From contig CAAFUS010000013.1 of NCBI GenBank assembly GCA_900766265.1, forward strand, positions 255,940 to 319,939: 64,000 nucleotides of DNA, in the 5' to 3' direction. The notes under the pieces were generated by a model. That model was not told the DNA's origin and did not search any database. It saw nothing but the letters and a program-made list of their open reading frames with translations. The position numbers were made by a program, and so were the translations under genes. The stretch is from Pseudomonadaceae bacterium (GTDB taxonomy: Bacteria; Pseudomonadota; Gammaproteobacteria; Pseudomonadales; Pseudomonadaceae). Positions 54,937 through 64,000 of this stretch are shown piece after piece; positions within the stretch are counted from its first letter, which is position 1, and every line of letters begins with the position of its first letter.

Positions 54937-55240
54937 GGGCGAGTCCTTCTTATAGTGAAAGGAGTGTTGAAGAGGCGGCCGATTCTATGCAGCCCGGACA
55001 ACCGCAGCAATCAGCCTACAACTTTAGTCGCGTGAGCTAGGCTTGAGGGGCGCGAGCCACTATGTTAGCCGAGCCCGAAATAGACTGTTCGTCAGGGGTT
55101 CGTGGCGCGAGCGGTGCAACGCCGCCGTGCACAGGGCGAACGGCTCGCCGTTGGCGCCGACCGGTTGTCGATGCCGCGCGATCTGGTGACAAGGGGCTCC
55201 CCCGCGCCCGCAAGAACAAACAAAAACAAGGAGAAACTCC

Positions 55241-56341
55241 ATGAAACGTCGCGACATTCTCGCCGCCGCAGGCGTGGGCCTGGCGGCCACGGCCCTGGCT
55301 GGCTGCAAGGAAAACAACGAAACGGCCGGCGACAGCCCGGCCAGCGCGCAGCAGCAAACCTTCAACTGGAAAATGGTGACGTCCTGGCCGAAGAACTTTC
55401 CCGGCGTGGGCGTCGGTGCGGAGCGCTTCGCCAAGCTGGTCGAGGAAATGAGTGGCGGCCGGCTGAAGGTCAGGGTCTATGCCGCCGGCGAGCTGGTGCC
55501 GGCGCTCGAGGTGTTCGACGCCGTTTCGCGTGGTACCGCTGAAATGGGCCACGGCGCGCCCTATTACTGGAAGGGCAAGGTGCCCGCCGCCCAGTTCTTC
55601 TGTGCGCTGCCTTTCGGCCCGAACGCCCAGGAAATGAACGCCTGGTTGCACCGTGGCGGCGGCATGGAACTCTGGGAGGAGGTCTACAGGCCTTACGGTG
55701 TACTGCCCATGGCCTGTGGTGCCACAGGCGTACAGACCGCTGGCTGGTTCAACAAGGAAATCAACTCGGTCAACGACTTCAAGGGCCTGAAGATGCGCAC
55801 CCCGGGTCTTGGCGGCGAAGTGCTGACCAAGATGGGCGGAACCGTGGTGAACATGCCCGCCGGCGAGATCTTCACCGCGCTGCAGACGGGCGCCATCGAT
55901 GCCACCGAGTGGATCGGCCCTTACAACGACCTGGCGCTCGGTCTGCATAAGGCTTCGAAGTACTACTACACGCCGGGCTGGCAGGAGCCGAACGTGACCT
56001 TCGAGCTGGACATCAACCTCAAGGCCTGGGAGACGCTGCCGGCCGACCTGCAGGCGATCGTCCGTGCTGCGGCGCGGGACGTGAACGGCGACATGCTCGA
56101 CGACTACAACGCCAAGAACATGGAAGCGCTAGAGCAGTTGCGCGAGCAGGGCGTCGAGGTGCGTCGTCTGCCCGATGACGTACTGGCCCGCCTGAAGGAG
56201 GTCGCGGCCGAGGTGGTCGACGCCTCGGCGGCTGCCGACCCGGTTGCCACCAAGGTCTGGGAGCAGCAGCGTGCCTACCTGGCCCGGTTGTACGAGTACG
56301 CCGAGCTGAACGAGCGGGACATCTACAACATCCGCGGTTGA
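55241..56341 (+). CDS. TRAP transporter substrate-binding protein (DctP family) with Tat-type signal and lipobox
   Basis: MKRRDILAAAGVGLAATALAGC then DctP-like sequence. It is divergent from the permease genes. Confidence 0.85.
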   Translation: MKRRDILAAAGVGLAATALAGCKENNETAGDSPASAQQQTFNWKMVTSWPKNFPGVGVGAERFAKLVEEMSGGRLKVRVYAAGELVPALEVFDAVSRGTAEMGHGAPYYWKGKVPAAQFFCALPFGPNAQEMNAWLHRGGGMELWEEVYRPYGVLPMACGATGVQTAGWFNKEINSVNDFKGLKMRTPGLGGEVLTKMGGTVVNMPAGEIFTALQTGAIDATEWIGPYNDLALGLHKASKYYYTPGWQEPNVTFELDINLKAWETLPADLQAIVRAAARDVNGDMLDDYNAKNMEALEQLREQGVEVRRLPDDVLARLKEVAAEVVDASAAADPVATKVWEQQRAYLARLYEYAELNERDIYNIRG

Positions 56342-56352
56342 CGCATGAAGGA

Positions 56353-56387
56353 AAGCCGCCCGGGTCAGATGGCCCGGGCGGCTTTTT
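56353..56387. terminator. Bidirectional rho-independent terminator between dctP-like and osmC
   Basis: Perfect 12-bp stem AAGCCGCCCGGG/CCCGGGCGGCTT (56353-56364 / 56373-56384), 8-nt loop, T-run 56383-56387. The A-run on the left serves the minus strand. Confidence 0.8.
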
Positions 56388-56401
56388 CATGCCCGCGAAG
56401 G

Positions 56402-56827
56402 TCAGGCCTGCAGTGTGGCAGTCAGGGTGATCTGGGCGTTGAGCACCTTGGAAACCGGGCATCCTTCCTTCGCCTGGTTGGCGATCTGTTGGAACTGGGC
56501 CTCGTCGGCGCCCGGCACCTTCGCATTCAACGTCAGCGCGATGGCAGTAATGGCGAAGCCATCGTCGGACTTGTCCAACGTGACCTCGGCTTTGGTCTCG
56601 ATACGCTCGGCGGTGAGGCCGGCCTGGCCGAGCATCATTGACAGCGCCATCGAGAAACAGCCGGCGTGGGCGGCGCCGATGAGCTCCTCGGGGTTGGTGC
56701 CGGGCGCGCCCTCGAAGCGGGTGTTGAAGCCGTACGGGTTGTCCTTCAGTGCACCGCTTTCGGTGCTGATGGTGCCCTTGCCTTCCTTAAGGTTGCCTTG
56801 CCAGACGGCGGATGCGGTCTTTTTCAT
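56402..56827 (-). CDS. osmC: OsmC-family peroxiredoxin
   Basis: 141 aa with the two conserved Cys contexts (AAHAGCF and EGCPVS). Confidence 0.85.
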   Translation of the reverse strand: MKKTASAVWQGNLKEGKGTISTESGALKDNPYGFNTRFEGAPGTNPEELIGAAHAGCFSMALSMMLGQAGLTAERIETKAEVTLDKSDDGFAITAIALTLNAKVPGADEAQFQQIANQAKEGCPVSKVLNAQITLTATLQA

Positions 56828-56882
56828 GGGGCTCTCCTCGAATGTTGGGGGTTCTGTTCAGAGGGGCGCCACACGTGCAAGT

Positions 56883-57554
56883 TCAGCGGCCGAGGTGGCC
56901 GTCTGGTGTGCTCAAGGCGTGATCGTCGTCCGGTGCCTCGAGCAGGCCGAGCCACTGCGCCAGAACTTCCTGGGCCTGTTCTACGCCCTGGCGCTTGGGC
57001 GCCGAGAACAGCTGCACGCTGATGCTTTCACCCCACTGCTGGCGGATGTCGCGCTGGATCTTCAGCACGGCGTTCTTCGCCGCGCCGAAGGCCAGCTTGT
57101 CCGACTTGGTCAGCAGGATGTGCAGCGGCATGCCGCTGGCCTGCGCCCAGCCGAGCATCATCCGGTCGAAGTCGGTCAGCGGATGGCGGATGTCCATCAT
57201 CAGGAACACGCCGGCCAGACTCTCGCGGCTGCCCAGGTAGGCTTCCAGGTGGCGTTGCCAGTGCTGCTTGAGCGGGATCGGCACCTTGGCGTAACCGTAG
57301 CCGGGCAGGTCTACCAGCCGGCGCTCGTCGTCGAGCCGGAAGAAATTGAGCAGCTGGGTACGCCCCGGTGTCTTCGAAGTGCGCGCCAGGTTGGCGTGGG
57401 TCAGGGTATTCAACGCGCTGGACTTGCCGGCGTTGGAGCGCCCCGCGAATGCCACTTCCAGGCCTTCGTCGGCCGGGCACTGATCGACCTTCGCAGCGCT
57501 GATCATGAAAGAGGCTTGCTGGCAGAGGCCGATGATGGGATTTTTCGGGAGCAT
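56883..57554 (-). CDS. engB: Ribosome-biogenesis GTPase YihA/EngB
   Basis: G1 [13 protein letters not shown]3 DLPGYGYA, G4 TKSDK. The start was set to the ATG at 57554 (MLPKNPIIG...). Confidence 0.9.
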   Translation of the reverse strand: MLPKNPIIGLCQQASFMISAAKVDQCPADEGLEVAFAGRSNAGKSSALNTLTHANLARTSKTPGRTQLLNFFRLDDERRLVDLPGYGYAKVPIPLKQHWQRHLEAYLGSRESLAGVFLMMDIRHPLTDFDRMMLGWAQASGMPLHILLTKSDKLAFGAAKNAVLKIQRDIRQQWGESISVQLFSAPKRQGVEQAQEVLAQWLGLLEAPDDDHALSTPDGHLGR

Positions 57555-57851
57555 CAGGAATTCCGGTAGGTACGGGGGCGGCGTGGGTGCGGCAATGCTT
57601 CGTTTCAGTTTCGGATTCACCAGTATATAATGCCGCAGATTTTGTGTGCGCTTTGGCCCGTTCAAACCCTTATCACCAGCGCCCAGACCTCTTCACCATG
57701 GCCTGCGGTCAGGCTCGTATGCGGTGAAGCCCGGGCGGTGGCCGAAGCGCGACGATGCTTGATATAAGAGCGCCGGCATCTGGGCAGGATACCCGGGTGG
57801 GGGCGCGAAAAGAGTTCCCTTACAAACCCTTAGCCGTAGTTGGATGAGCTG

Positions 57852-58484
57852 ATGAACAAAGTACTCGTGAGTCTGCTGTTGACCCTGGGCATCACCGGTA
57901 TGGCCCACGCAGCTGGCGATCCCGAAGCCGGTCAGAGCAAGGCGGCTGTGTGTGGCGCCTGCCATGGCGCGGATGGCAACAGCCCCGCTCCGAACTTCCC
58001 GAAGCTGGCCGGTCTGGGCGAGCGCTACCTGCTCAAGCAGCTGCAGGACATCAAGGCCGGTTCTGCGCCTGGCGCGCCGGAAGGCGTGGGCCGCAAGGTG
58101 CTGGAAATGACCGGCATGCTCGATCCGTTCTCCGACGAAGACCTGGCCGACCTGGCCGCCTACTTCGCCAGCCAGAAAATGACCATCGGCATGGCCGATC
58201 CGGCACTGGTCGCACGGGGCGAAGAGCTGTACCGCGGCGGTAAGCTCGACCTCGGCATGCCCGCCTGCACAGGCTGCCACGCGCCGGACGGCGTCGGCAA
58301 CGCCCAGGCGGCATTCCCGCACCTGGGTGGCCAGCATGCGCAGTACATCGCCAAGCAGCTGACTGATTTCCGTGAAGGTGACCGCACCAACGACGGCGAC
58401 GCGGCCATCATGCGCAGCATCGCGGCGAAGCTCAGCAACCGTGACATCGAAGCGCTGGCCAGCTACATCCAGGGCCTGCACTGA
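57852..58484 (+). CDS. cc4: Di-haem cytochrome c4
   Basis: Signal peptide MNKVLVSLLLTLGITGMAHA and two CxxCH motifs (CGACH, CTGCH). It is divergent from engB, as in P. aeruginosa. Confidence 0.9.
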   Translation: MNKVLVSLLLTLGITGMAHAAGDPEAGQSKAAVCGACHGADGNSPAPNFPKLAGLGERYLLKQLQDIKAGSAPGAPEGVGRKVLEMTGMLDPFSDEDLADLAAYFASQKMTIGMADPALVARGEELYRGGKLDLGMPACTGCHAPDGVGNAQAAFPHLGGQHAQYIAKQLTDFREGDRTNDGDAAIMRSIAAKLSNRDIEALASYIQGLH

Positions 58485-58509
58485 TCGTACGCCGACAGGC
58501 GCCGACGAG

Positions 58510-58544
58510 AGGGCGACCAGGTCATCGACCTGGTCGCCCTTTTT
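58510..58544 (+). terminator. Rho-independent terminator after cc4
   Basis: Perfect 14-bp stem AGGGCGACCAGGTC/GACCTGGTCGCCCT, 3-nt loop, then TTTTT (58540-58544). Confidence 0.85.
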
Positions 58545-58689
58545 GCTGTTACGCCCCGCTACACTCAGGGGCGCGCAATGTGCTGCAGCCAATGAAAAAC
58601 GCTAGCGAGCGCTGCCGATTTGCTGCAACCTGCCCATCGCCGGTGCTCCTAGACGGTGGCCGGCTGTCGTTTTCCGCCAAGGAGTCATC

Positions 58690-59319
58690 ATGCGTACACT
58701 CATTCTCAGCGCCGTATTTGCCGGTTTCAGCCTGTTCGGGCTCAGCGCCCAGGCCGCTGAATTCCAGGCCGGCAAGGAATACGTCGAGCTGTCGAGCCCC
58801 GTTCCAGTCGCCGAGCCGGAAAAGATCGAGGTGGTCGAGCTGTTCTGGTACGGCTGCCCGCACTGCTACCAGTTCGAGCCGGTGATCAATCCCTGGGTCG
58901 AACAGCTTCCAGACGACGTGGACTTCAAGCGCATTCCGGCCATGTTCGGTGGCGTCTGGAATATCCACGGTCAGTTGTTCCTAACCCTGGATAGCATGGG
59001 AGTCGAGCACGACGTGCATGACGCCGTATTCGATGCCATCCACAACAAACGCATGAAGCTGGCCACTCCCGACGAAATGGCCGCCTTCCTGACCGGGCAG
59101 GGCGTCGACAAGGAGGCCTTCCTCAAGGCCTACAATTCGTTCGGCGTGAAGGGCCGCATGGAAAAGGCCAAGAAGCTGGGTGCGGCCTACCAGATCACCG
59201 GGGTGCCGGTGATGATCGTCAACGGCAAGTACCGCTTCGATCTGGGAAGTGCCGGCGGCCCGCAGCGTACCCTGGAGGTCGCCGACTTCCTGATCGAGAA
59301 AGAACGCGCTGCGCGGTAA
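58690..59319 (+). CDS. dsbA: Thiol:disulfide interchange protein DsbA
   Basis: Signal peptide plus active site WYGCPHCYQFEP; 209 aa. Confidence 0.93.
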   Translation: MRTLILSAVFAGFSLFGLSAQAAEFQAGKEYVELSSPVPVAEPEKIEVVELFWYGCPHCYQFEPVINPWVEQLPDDVDFKRIPAMFGGVWNIHGQLFLTLDSMGVEHDVHDAVFDAIHNKRMKLATPDEMAAFLTGQGVDKEAFLKAYNSFGVKGRMEKAKKLGAAYQITGVPVMIVNGKYRFDLGSAGGPQRTLEVADFLIEKERAAR

Positions 59320-59325
59320 CTGCTC

Positions 59326-60192
59326 ATGCTTCGCCGCTGGAGTTCGCCACGCCTGGCCGGGCCTTGCCAGGCCAAGGTCAACGCGCACTGCCTGGACGCG
59401 AGCGGGCTGCCGGCCGATGGTCGGCTGCGGCTGCTCAGCTTCAACATCCAGGTGGGCATCAGCACCCAGCGCTATCACCATTACCTGACCCGCAGCTGGC
59501 AGCACCTGCTGCCCCATCCCGGGCGGGCCGGCAACCTGCAGCGCATCGGCGAGCTCCTTGGTAACTATGACCTGGTGGCGCTGCAGGAGGTCGACGGGGG
59601 TAGCATGCGTTCCGGTTACGTCAACCAGGTCGAGCATCTGGCGCAGCTGGGTGCGTTCCCCTACTGGTACCAGCAGCTCAACCGTAACCTGGGGCATTTC
59701 GCCCAGCACAGCAACGGGCTGCTTAGCCGGCTCGAGCCCAAGACGCTGGAAGACCACCCTCTGCCAGGCCCCGCCGGGCGCGGTGCGATCCTGCTCAGGT
59801 TCGGCGAAGGCAAGGACGCGCTGGTCGTGGTGATGATGCACCTGGCCCTAGGCGCTCGAACCCGAGCGCGGCAGCTGGCCTACATCCGCGAACTGCTCGG
59901 CGACTACCGGCACCACGTGCTGATGGGCGACATGAATACCCATGCCAGTGACCTGCTGGAAAAATCCCCGCTGCGTGACCTTGGCCTGCTTGCCCCCCAG
60001 GTCGAGGCGACCTTTCCCAGCTGGCGGCCGCAGCGTTGCCTCGATCACATCCTGCTGAGCCCGAGCCTCGCGCTGGAGCGCTTCGAAGTGCTTGCCCAGC
60101 CGATCTCCGATCACCTGCCGGTCGCAGTGGAAATCCGCCTGCCCGGCCAGGGCGCCGATTCGCTTCCCATGGCCGCCGAGCCCTCGCGATGA
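59326..60192 (+). CDS. Endonuclease/exonuclease/phosphatase (EEP) family protein
   Basis: EEP-type motifs (LRLLSFNIQ, VALQEVD, GDMNT, SDHLPV). Confidence 0.75.
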   Translation: MLRRWSSPRLAGPCQAKVNAHCLDASGLPADGRLRLLSFNIQVGISTQRYHHYLTRSWQHLLPHPGRAGNLQRIGELLGNYDLVALQEVDGGSMRSGYVNQVEHLAQLGAFPYWYQQLNRNLGHFAQHSNGLLSRLEPKTLEDHPLPGPAGRGAILLRFGEGKDALVVVMMHLALGARTRARQLAYIRELLGDYRHHVLMGDMNTHASDLLEKSPLRDLGLLAPQVEATFPSWRPQRCLDHILLSPSLALERFEVLAQPISDHLPVAVEIRLPGQGADSLPMAAEPSR

Positions 60193-62021
60193 ACGACGAA
60201 GCCCAGCGCTGGAGGGAGAAGTATCTGCAGAGCCTCGAGCAGCAGGATCAGGTCGAAGCGCGCTGGAGCGCGCGGGTCGATCTGCTGCGGCGCAGCCTGG
60301 TGCGCAGCAGCCTGGCGGTCGAAGGTGCCGACAAGGCGGTCGACCAGTGCATGCTGGAAATGCGTGAGCTACTGCGCCAGGGCGACCTGGATGCCGGTCT
60401 AAGCGCCCTGGTACCGCGGCTGGAAAAGGCCGTGCTGGACTCTGAAACGCGGCGTCAGGCGCGCATCGAGCAGCTGGCCGCCGCGCTCGAGCGTTTGGTG
60501 GACCAGCTGCTGGCGTTGCCACTGCCACGCGAGGTGAGCAAGCCGCTCAAGCGCTTCTCCAGAACGCTCCAGACGCGGGCGGCGCAGGCACGCGAGCTGC
60601 CGGCTCTGCTCGACGAACTCAGTGATTTGCAGCGCCAGGCGTTGAGTCAGCGGGACCAGGAGGAGGTCGATCGCGGCGGCTTCCTGCAGCGTCTGTTCGG
60701 TTCGTGGGAGGCTGCGGTCCGAAGCGTCGGCGAGACCGTCTTGTCGTCCCCGTCGCCGGATTCCGCACAAGCCGCTCCGCCGGACGGCCAGGCGCACGCG
60801 CTGGCCGCCGAGATGGCTCAGTCGCTGGTGACGCTGGCGACACAGGCGGCGCAAGACGTGGTGGACGCGCAATCGGCGCAGGCGCTGTCTCCCGAAACGG
60901 TCGCCGAGCGCCTCGAGCCCGAGCCGGTGGAGCGGGGCGATCCGGAATTCGCGCTGCCGGTTTCTCCGGAGCCGGGCTACAGCGTGATTGCCGAGCATGT
61001 CGAGGCGACGCTGCGAGGCTTGCTCGACGAACTGAAGCTGCCCGAACACCACCAGCCCCAGGCCCAGGCGCTGCGCGAGCGCATCGAGCAGGGACTGAAC
61101 TGGTACGAACTGGTGCCGGTGCTCGACGACCTGGCGGTGCTGATGCTGGCGGTCGCGGACCTTGGCCAGCGCGAATTCGAAAGTTACCTCGCGCTGCTCA
61201 ATGATCGCCTGGCGACCATGCAGGACAATCTTGAGCAGGCCCGCGAGGGGCACGTCCAGGCCCGGCGTTGTGCCGAAACCCTGGATGCCGAGCTGCGCAT
61301 GCACGTCGACGGTCTGCAGAGCAGCGTGCAGCAGGCCACCGACCTGCAAGGGCTCAAGCGGGCCATCGAGGCGCGCCTGGATGGCATTCTCGGGACTGTC
61401 GATGCCTACCGCCAGCAGCGCAGCGAACAGGAGCAGGTGCTCGGTGACCGTCTGCAGACCCTGGTCGAGCGGGTGGCGAGCCTCGAGGAGACCGCGCTCG
61501 GCTTGCGCAGCCACCTGGAGGAGCAGCGCGAGAAGGCCCTGCGCGATTCGCTCACCGGCCTCGGCAACCGCGCGGCGTGGAACGAGCGCCTGGAGTTAGA
61601 GGTGGCGCGCTGGCGCCGTTCCGGCGGCAACCTGCTGCTCGCGGTGCTGGACATCGACCATTTCAAGCGGGTCAACGATGCCTATGGCCATCTGGCCGGC
61701 GACCGGGTGCTGAAGATCATTGCGTCGGTGCTGCGCAAACGCCTGCGCAAGACCGACTTCATCGCCCGCTTCGGTGGGGAAGAGTTCGTCCTGCTGCTAC
61801 CCGACACGGAAGAGGAGGCCGGTCGCCAGTTGACCGACACCCTGCGCGCCGGTATCGAGAGTTGCCCGTTCCACTTCAAGGGCGAGCGGGTGCAGATCAC
61901 CACGTCGGTCGGCCTGAGTGCGTTTCGCAGCGGGGACAGCTCCGAGCGGGTCTTCGAGCGCGCCGACCAGGCGCTCTACCGGGCCAAGCACGGCGGGCGC
62001 AACCGCGTCGAGCTCGGCTGA
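60189..62021 (+). CDS. Diguanylate cyclase (GGDEF) with long coiled-coil N-terminal region
   Basis: The ATG at 60189 overlaps the upstream stop (ATGA). C-terminal GGDEF domain with RFGGEEFVLLL and the I-site-like RKTD. Its position matches P. aeruginosa PA5487-type synteny as I remember it. Confidence 0.85.
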   Translation: MNDEAQRWREKYLQSLEQQDQVEARWSARVDLLRRSLVRSSLAVEGADKAVDQCMLEMRELLRQGDLDAGLSALVPRLEKAVLDSETRRQARIEQLAAALERLVDQLLALPLPREVSKPLKRFSRTLQTRAAQARELPALLDELSDLQRQALSQRDQEEVDRGGFLQRLFGSWEAAVRSVGETVLSSPSPDSAQAAPPDGQAHALAAEMAQSLVTLATQAAQDVVDAQSAQALSPETVAERLEPEPVERGDPEFALPVSPEPGYSVIAEHVEATLRGLLDELKLPEHHQPQAQALRERIEQGLNWYELVPVLDDLAVLMLAVADLGQREFESYLALLNDRLATMQDNLEQAREGHVQARRCAETLDAELRMHVDGLQSSVQQATDLQGLKRAIEARLDGILGTVDAYRQQRSEQEQVLGDRLQTLVERVASLEETALGLRSHLEEQREKALRDSLTGLGNRAAWNERLELEVARWRRSGGNLLLAVLDIDHFKRVNDAYGHLAGDRVLKIIASVLRKRLRKTDFIARFGGEEFVLLLPDTEEEAGRQLTDTLRAGIESCPFHFKGERVQITTSVGLSAFRSGDSSERVFERADQALYRAKHGGRNRVELG

Positions 62022-62164
62022 GCCGCTACACATCCTGTCGTACCCACCCGACCGGCTGTCGCAACCCGGCTGGTATACTGCGCCGCTGTTTTCGCCGCAT
62101 CGGGACCACCCGCAACGGGTGCCGTCGGATCTCGAGTCATTCAGCTGTCGATCAGAGGTCGTTC

Positions 62165-62950
62165 ATGAAAATCGCCGCCATTGCCGCCCTCTTCCTGTTC
62201 CTGGCCGGATGCGCCAGCGGGCCGCGCATCGATACCCGTTACAGCTCCACCGGCCATGACAGCCGGGTGCAATACATCATCGTGCATTACACCTCCGCGG
62301 ATCTTGAGCGCTCGCTAGCGCTGCTGGGCGGCAACAACGTCAGCACCCACTACCTGATCGGAGAGTCGCCCGCCACTATCTATCGGATGGTGGACGAGGA
62401 CCGTCGTGCCTGGCATGCCGGCGAGAGCGAATGGCAGGGTCGCACCTGGCTCAACGCCACCTCGATCGGCATCGAGCTGATCAACCTGGGCTATGAGGAA
62501 GGTCCCGACGGCAGCCGGCTCTGGTATCCCTTCGGTGAGGAGCAGATCGACGCGTTGGTGGTGCTGCTCAAGGACATCATGCAGCGCCACGGACTCAAGC
62601 CTGGGGCCATCATCGGCCACAGCGACATCGCGCCCCAGCGCAAGGTCGATCCCGGTCCGATGTTCCCTTGGAAGCGCCTGGCCGACGAAGGGCTAGTCCC
62701 CTGGCCGCAGCCGGAGCGGGTGGCCGCGTACCAGGCGGCCTATGCGCTGCAGCTGCCCGATGTGGCCTGGTTCCAGGAAGCGTTGGGCGCAGAGGGCTAC
62801 AAGGTTCCGCGCCATGGCCACCTGGACCTGGAAACCCGCAACGTGATCGCCGCCTTCCAGATGAAGTACCGCCCGACCCGTTTCGACGGCGAGCCCGATG
62901 CCGAGACCGCCGCGATGTTGCAGGCGCTGGCGGACCAGCGCCGCGGCTGA
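62165..62950 (+). CDS. Lipoprotein N-acetylmuramoyl-L-alanine amidase (AmpDh2/AmiD-like) with C-terminal PG-binding repeat
   Basis: Lipobox FLAGC, amidase_2-type motifs (IIVHYTS, THYLI, AWHAG, HSDIAP...KVDPG), and a C-terminal PG_binding-like helix region. Confidence 0.85.
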   Translation: MKIAAIAALFLFLAGCASGPRIDTRYSSTGHDSRVQYIIVHYTSADLERSLALLGGNNVSTHYLIGESPATIYRMVDEDRRAWHAGESEWQGRTWLNATSIGIELINLGYEEGPDGSRLWYPFGEEQIDALVVLLKDIMQRHGLKPGAIIGHSDIAPQRKVDPGPMFPWKRLADEGLVPWPQPERVAAYQAAYALQLPDVAWFQEALGAEGYKVPRHGHLDLETRNVIAAFQMKYRPTRFDGEPDAETAAMLQALADQRRG

Positions 62951-62953
62951 GCG

Positions 62954-63358
62954 TCAGCGCCGGGTCGTCCCGATCAGGCGCGAATCGGCGAGGGCAGCGG
63001 TGCGGTGTTCGCTGGCGGCCAGGTAGTCATCGTTGGCGATCATGGAAAGGAAAGCGTCTTTCGACGGATAGCGAACCAGCAGGAGCTCATCCCACTCTTC
63101 TCCAGGCGGCGCGATCAGCGCGGCGTGCGCCTGGGCCATGACTTCCACCTCCGCGCCCACAGCACGCAGGTGCACAAGCGCCTCCCGGCTGTAGCGGGCA
63201 TATGCCTCGCGACCGCTGCACGGGCTGTGGCGGCTCCCCGGTGGGTAAGCCGCCTGCGCGTTGTAGCGCAGCAGGTTGAGCATCAAGATAGGCACGGCGG
63301 GAGGCATGGTGCGGGCGAACTGCTCCAGTTGCTCGTGGCTGGGGTTGAGATTCGGCAT
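62954..63358 (-). CDS. DUF1330-domain protein
   Basis: 134 aa from the ATG at 63358 (MPNLNPSHEQLEQF...); dimeric alpha/beta-barrel-like DUF1330 pattern as I recall it. Confidence 0.55.
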   Translation of the reverse strand: MPNLNPSHEQLEQFARTMPPAVPILMLNLLRYNAQAAYPPGSRHSPCSGREAYARYSREALVHLRAVGAEVEVMAQAHAALIAPPGEEWDELLLVRYPSKDAFLSMIANDDYLAASEHRTAALADSRLIGTTRR

Positions 63359-63378
63359 CGGTGGACTCCGGCTTGCCC

Positions 63379-64000
63379 TCAGATAGGCAGGGCGACGTAA
63401 AAGATCGTCCCATGACCGATACGCGAGTGCACGCCGATCCTGCCACCATGCAGCTGGGCGATTTCCTTGCATAAGGCAAGCCCCAGTCCGGCGCCGCCGC
63501 GACGGCGGCCGATCTGCACGAAGGGTTCGAAGATCCGCGCCTGCTGGCTGTAGGGGATGCCTTCGCCGTTGTCTTCGACACTCAGGATCACCCGCTCGCC
63601 GTGACGCCGTGCCAGCAGGCGGATCTCGCCGCCCTTGGGGGTATAGCGCAGCGCGTTGCTGAGCAGGTTGTCCAGTACCCGGTCCATCTGCGAGCGATCG
63701 AGCAACAGGCTTGGCAGGGGAGGCTGCAGCTCCAGGTTCAGCTCGATGTCCAGCGCTTGCGCCTGCATGAGGAAGCGCTCGCGGGCCTGGCCGAGCAGTT
63801 CGGCGATGTCGCAGGGCGCGCGGTCGAGCTTCTGCTGACCGCTCTGGTAGCGGGAGAAGTTGAGCAGGTCGTTGATCAGCCCGACCAGACGCTGCATCTC
63901 TTCGTAGACGGTGGTCGACAGGTCCGCCTCGCGGCTCTCCGGGGTGAATTTCATCCGTTCGCGCAGCAGACTGAAGGCCATCTGCATGCCAGTCACCGGC
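63379..64000 (-). CDS. Sensor histidine kinase, C-terminal part (N-terminus outside window)
   Basis: HATPase_c boxes: N (LDNLLSNALRYTP), G1 (VEDNGEGIP), F (IFEPF), G2 (GGAGLGLALC). The ORF runs off the window end. Confidence 0.85.
   Translation of the reverse strand, partial: PVTGMQMAFSLLRERMKFTPESREADLSTTVYEEMQRLVGLINDLLNFSRYQSGQQKLDRAPCDIAELLGQARERFLMQAQALDIELNLELQPPLPSLLLDRSQMDRVLDNLLSNALRYTPKGGEIRLLARRHGERVILSVEDNGEGIPYSQQARIFEPFVQIGRRRGGAGLGLALCKEIAQLHGGRIGVHSRIGHGTIFYVALPI

Overview
High-GC gammaproteobacterial (Pseudomonas-type) chromosomal segment. All calls come from reading the supplied translations and the DNA by eye. No database search or computation was run.

Both flanks are ordinary housekeeping loci in an order I recognise from Pseudomonas aeruginosa-like genomes. 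On the left are pyruvate carboxylase B, asparaginase, aspA, adh and purEK. On the right are a TRAP transporter, osmC, engB, cytochrome c4, dsbA, a GGDEF protein and an AmpDh-type amidase.

The centre (about 18.8-51.5 kb) is one minus-strand, H2-type type VI secretion system (T6SS) cluster. Its order is tssA-tssB-tssC-tssE-PAAR-tssF-tssG-clpV-sfa (sigma-54 activator), then vgrG / DUF4123 adaptor / LysM-glycine-zipper effector / membrane immunity, then a small untracked lipoprotein-fha-tssJ-tssK-tssL-tssM-stp-stk, then vgrG / 815-aa multidomain peptidoglycan-hydrolase effector / periplasmic immunity. No hcp gene is visible in the window.

The two vgrG cargo modules look AT-richer than their surroundings. 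Each ends in a gene-fragment scar: a frameshifted effector remnant in one and a duplicated immunity 3' end in the other. This points to cassette replacement.

The most interesting items are the two uncharacterised effector/immunity pairs and their scars. Others are four TGCGCA palindromes upstream of tssA, a membrane-anchored catalase-related plus di-haem cytochrome c pair that may act on lipid hydroperoxides, an SbtA/PII-like pair beside pyruvate carboxylase, and a terminator-like leader upstream of purE. No tRNA, rRNA, CRISPR array or transposase was recognised.
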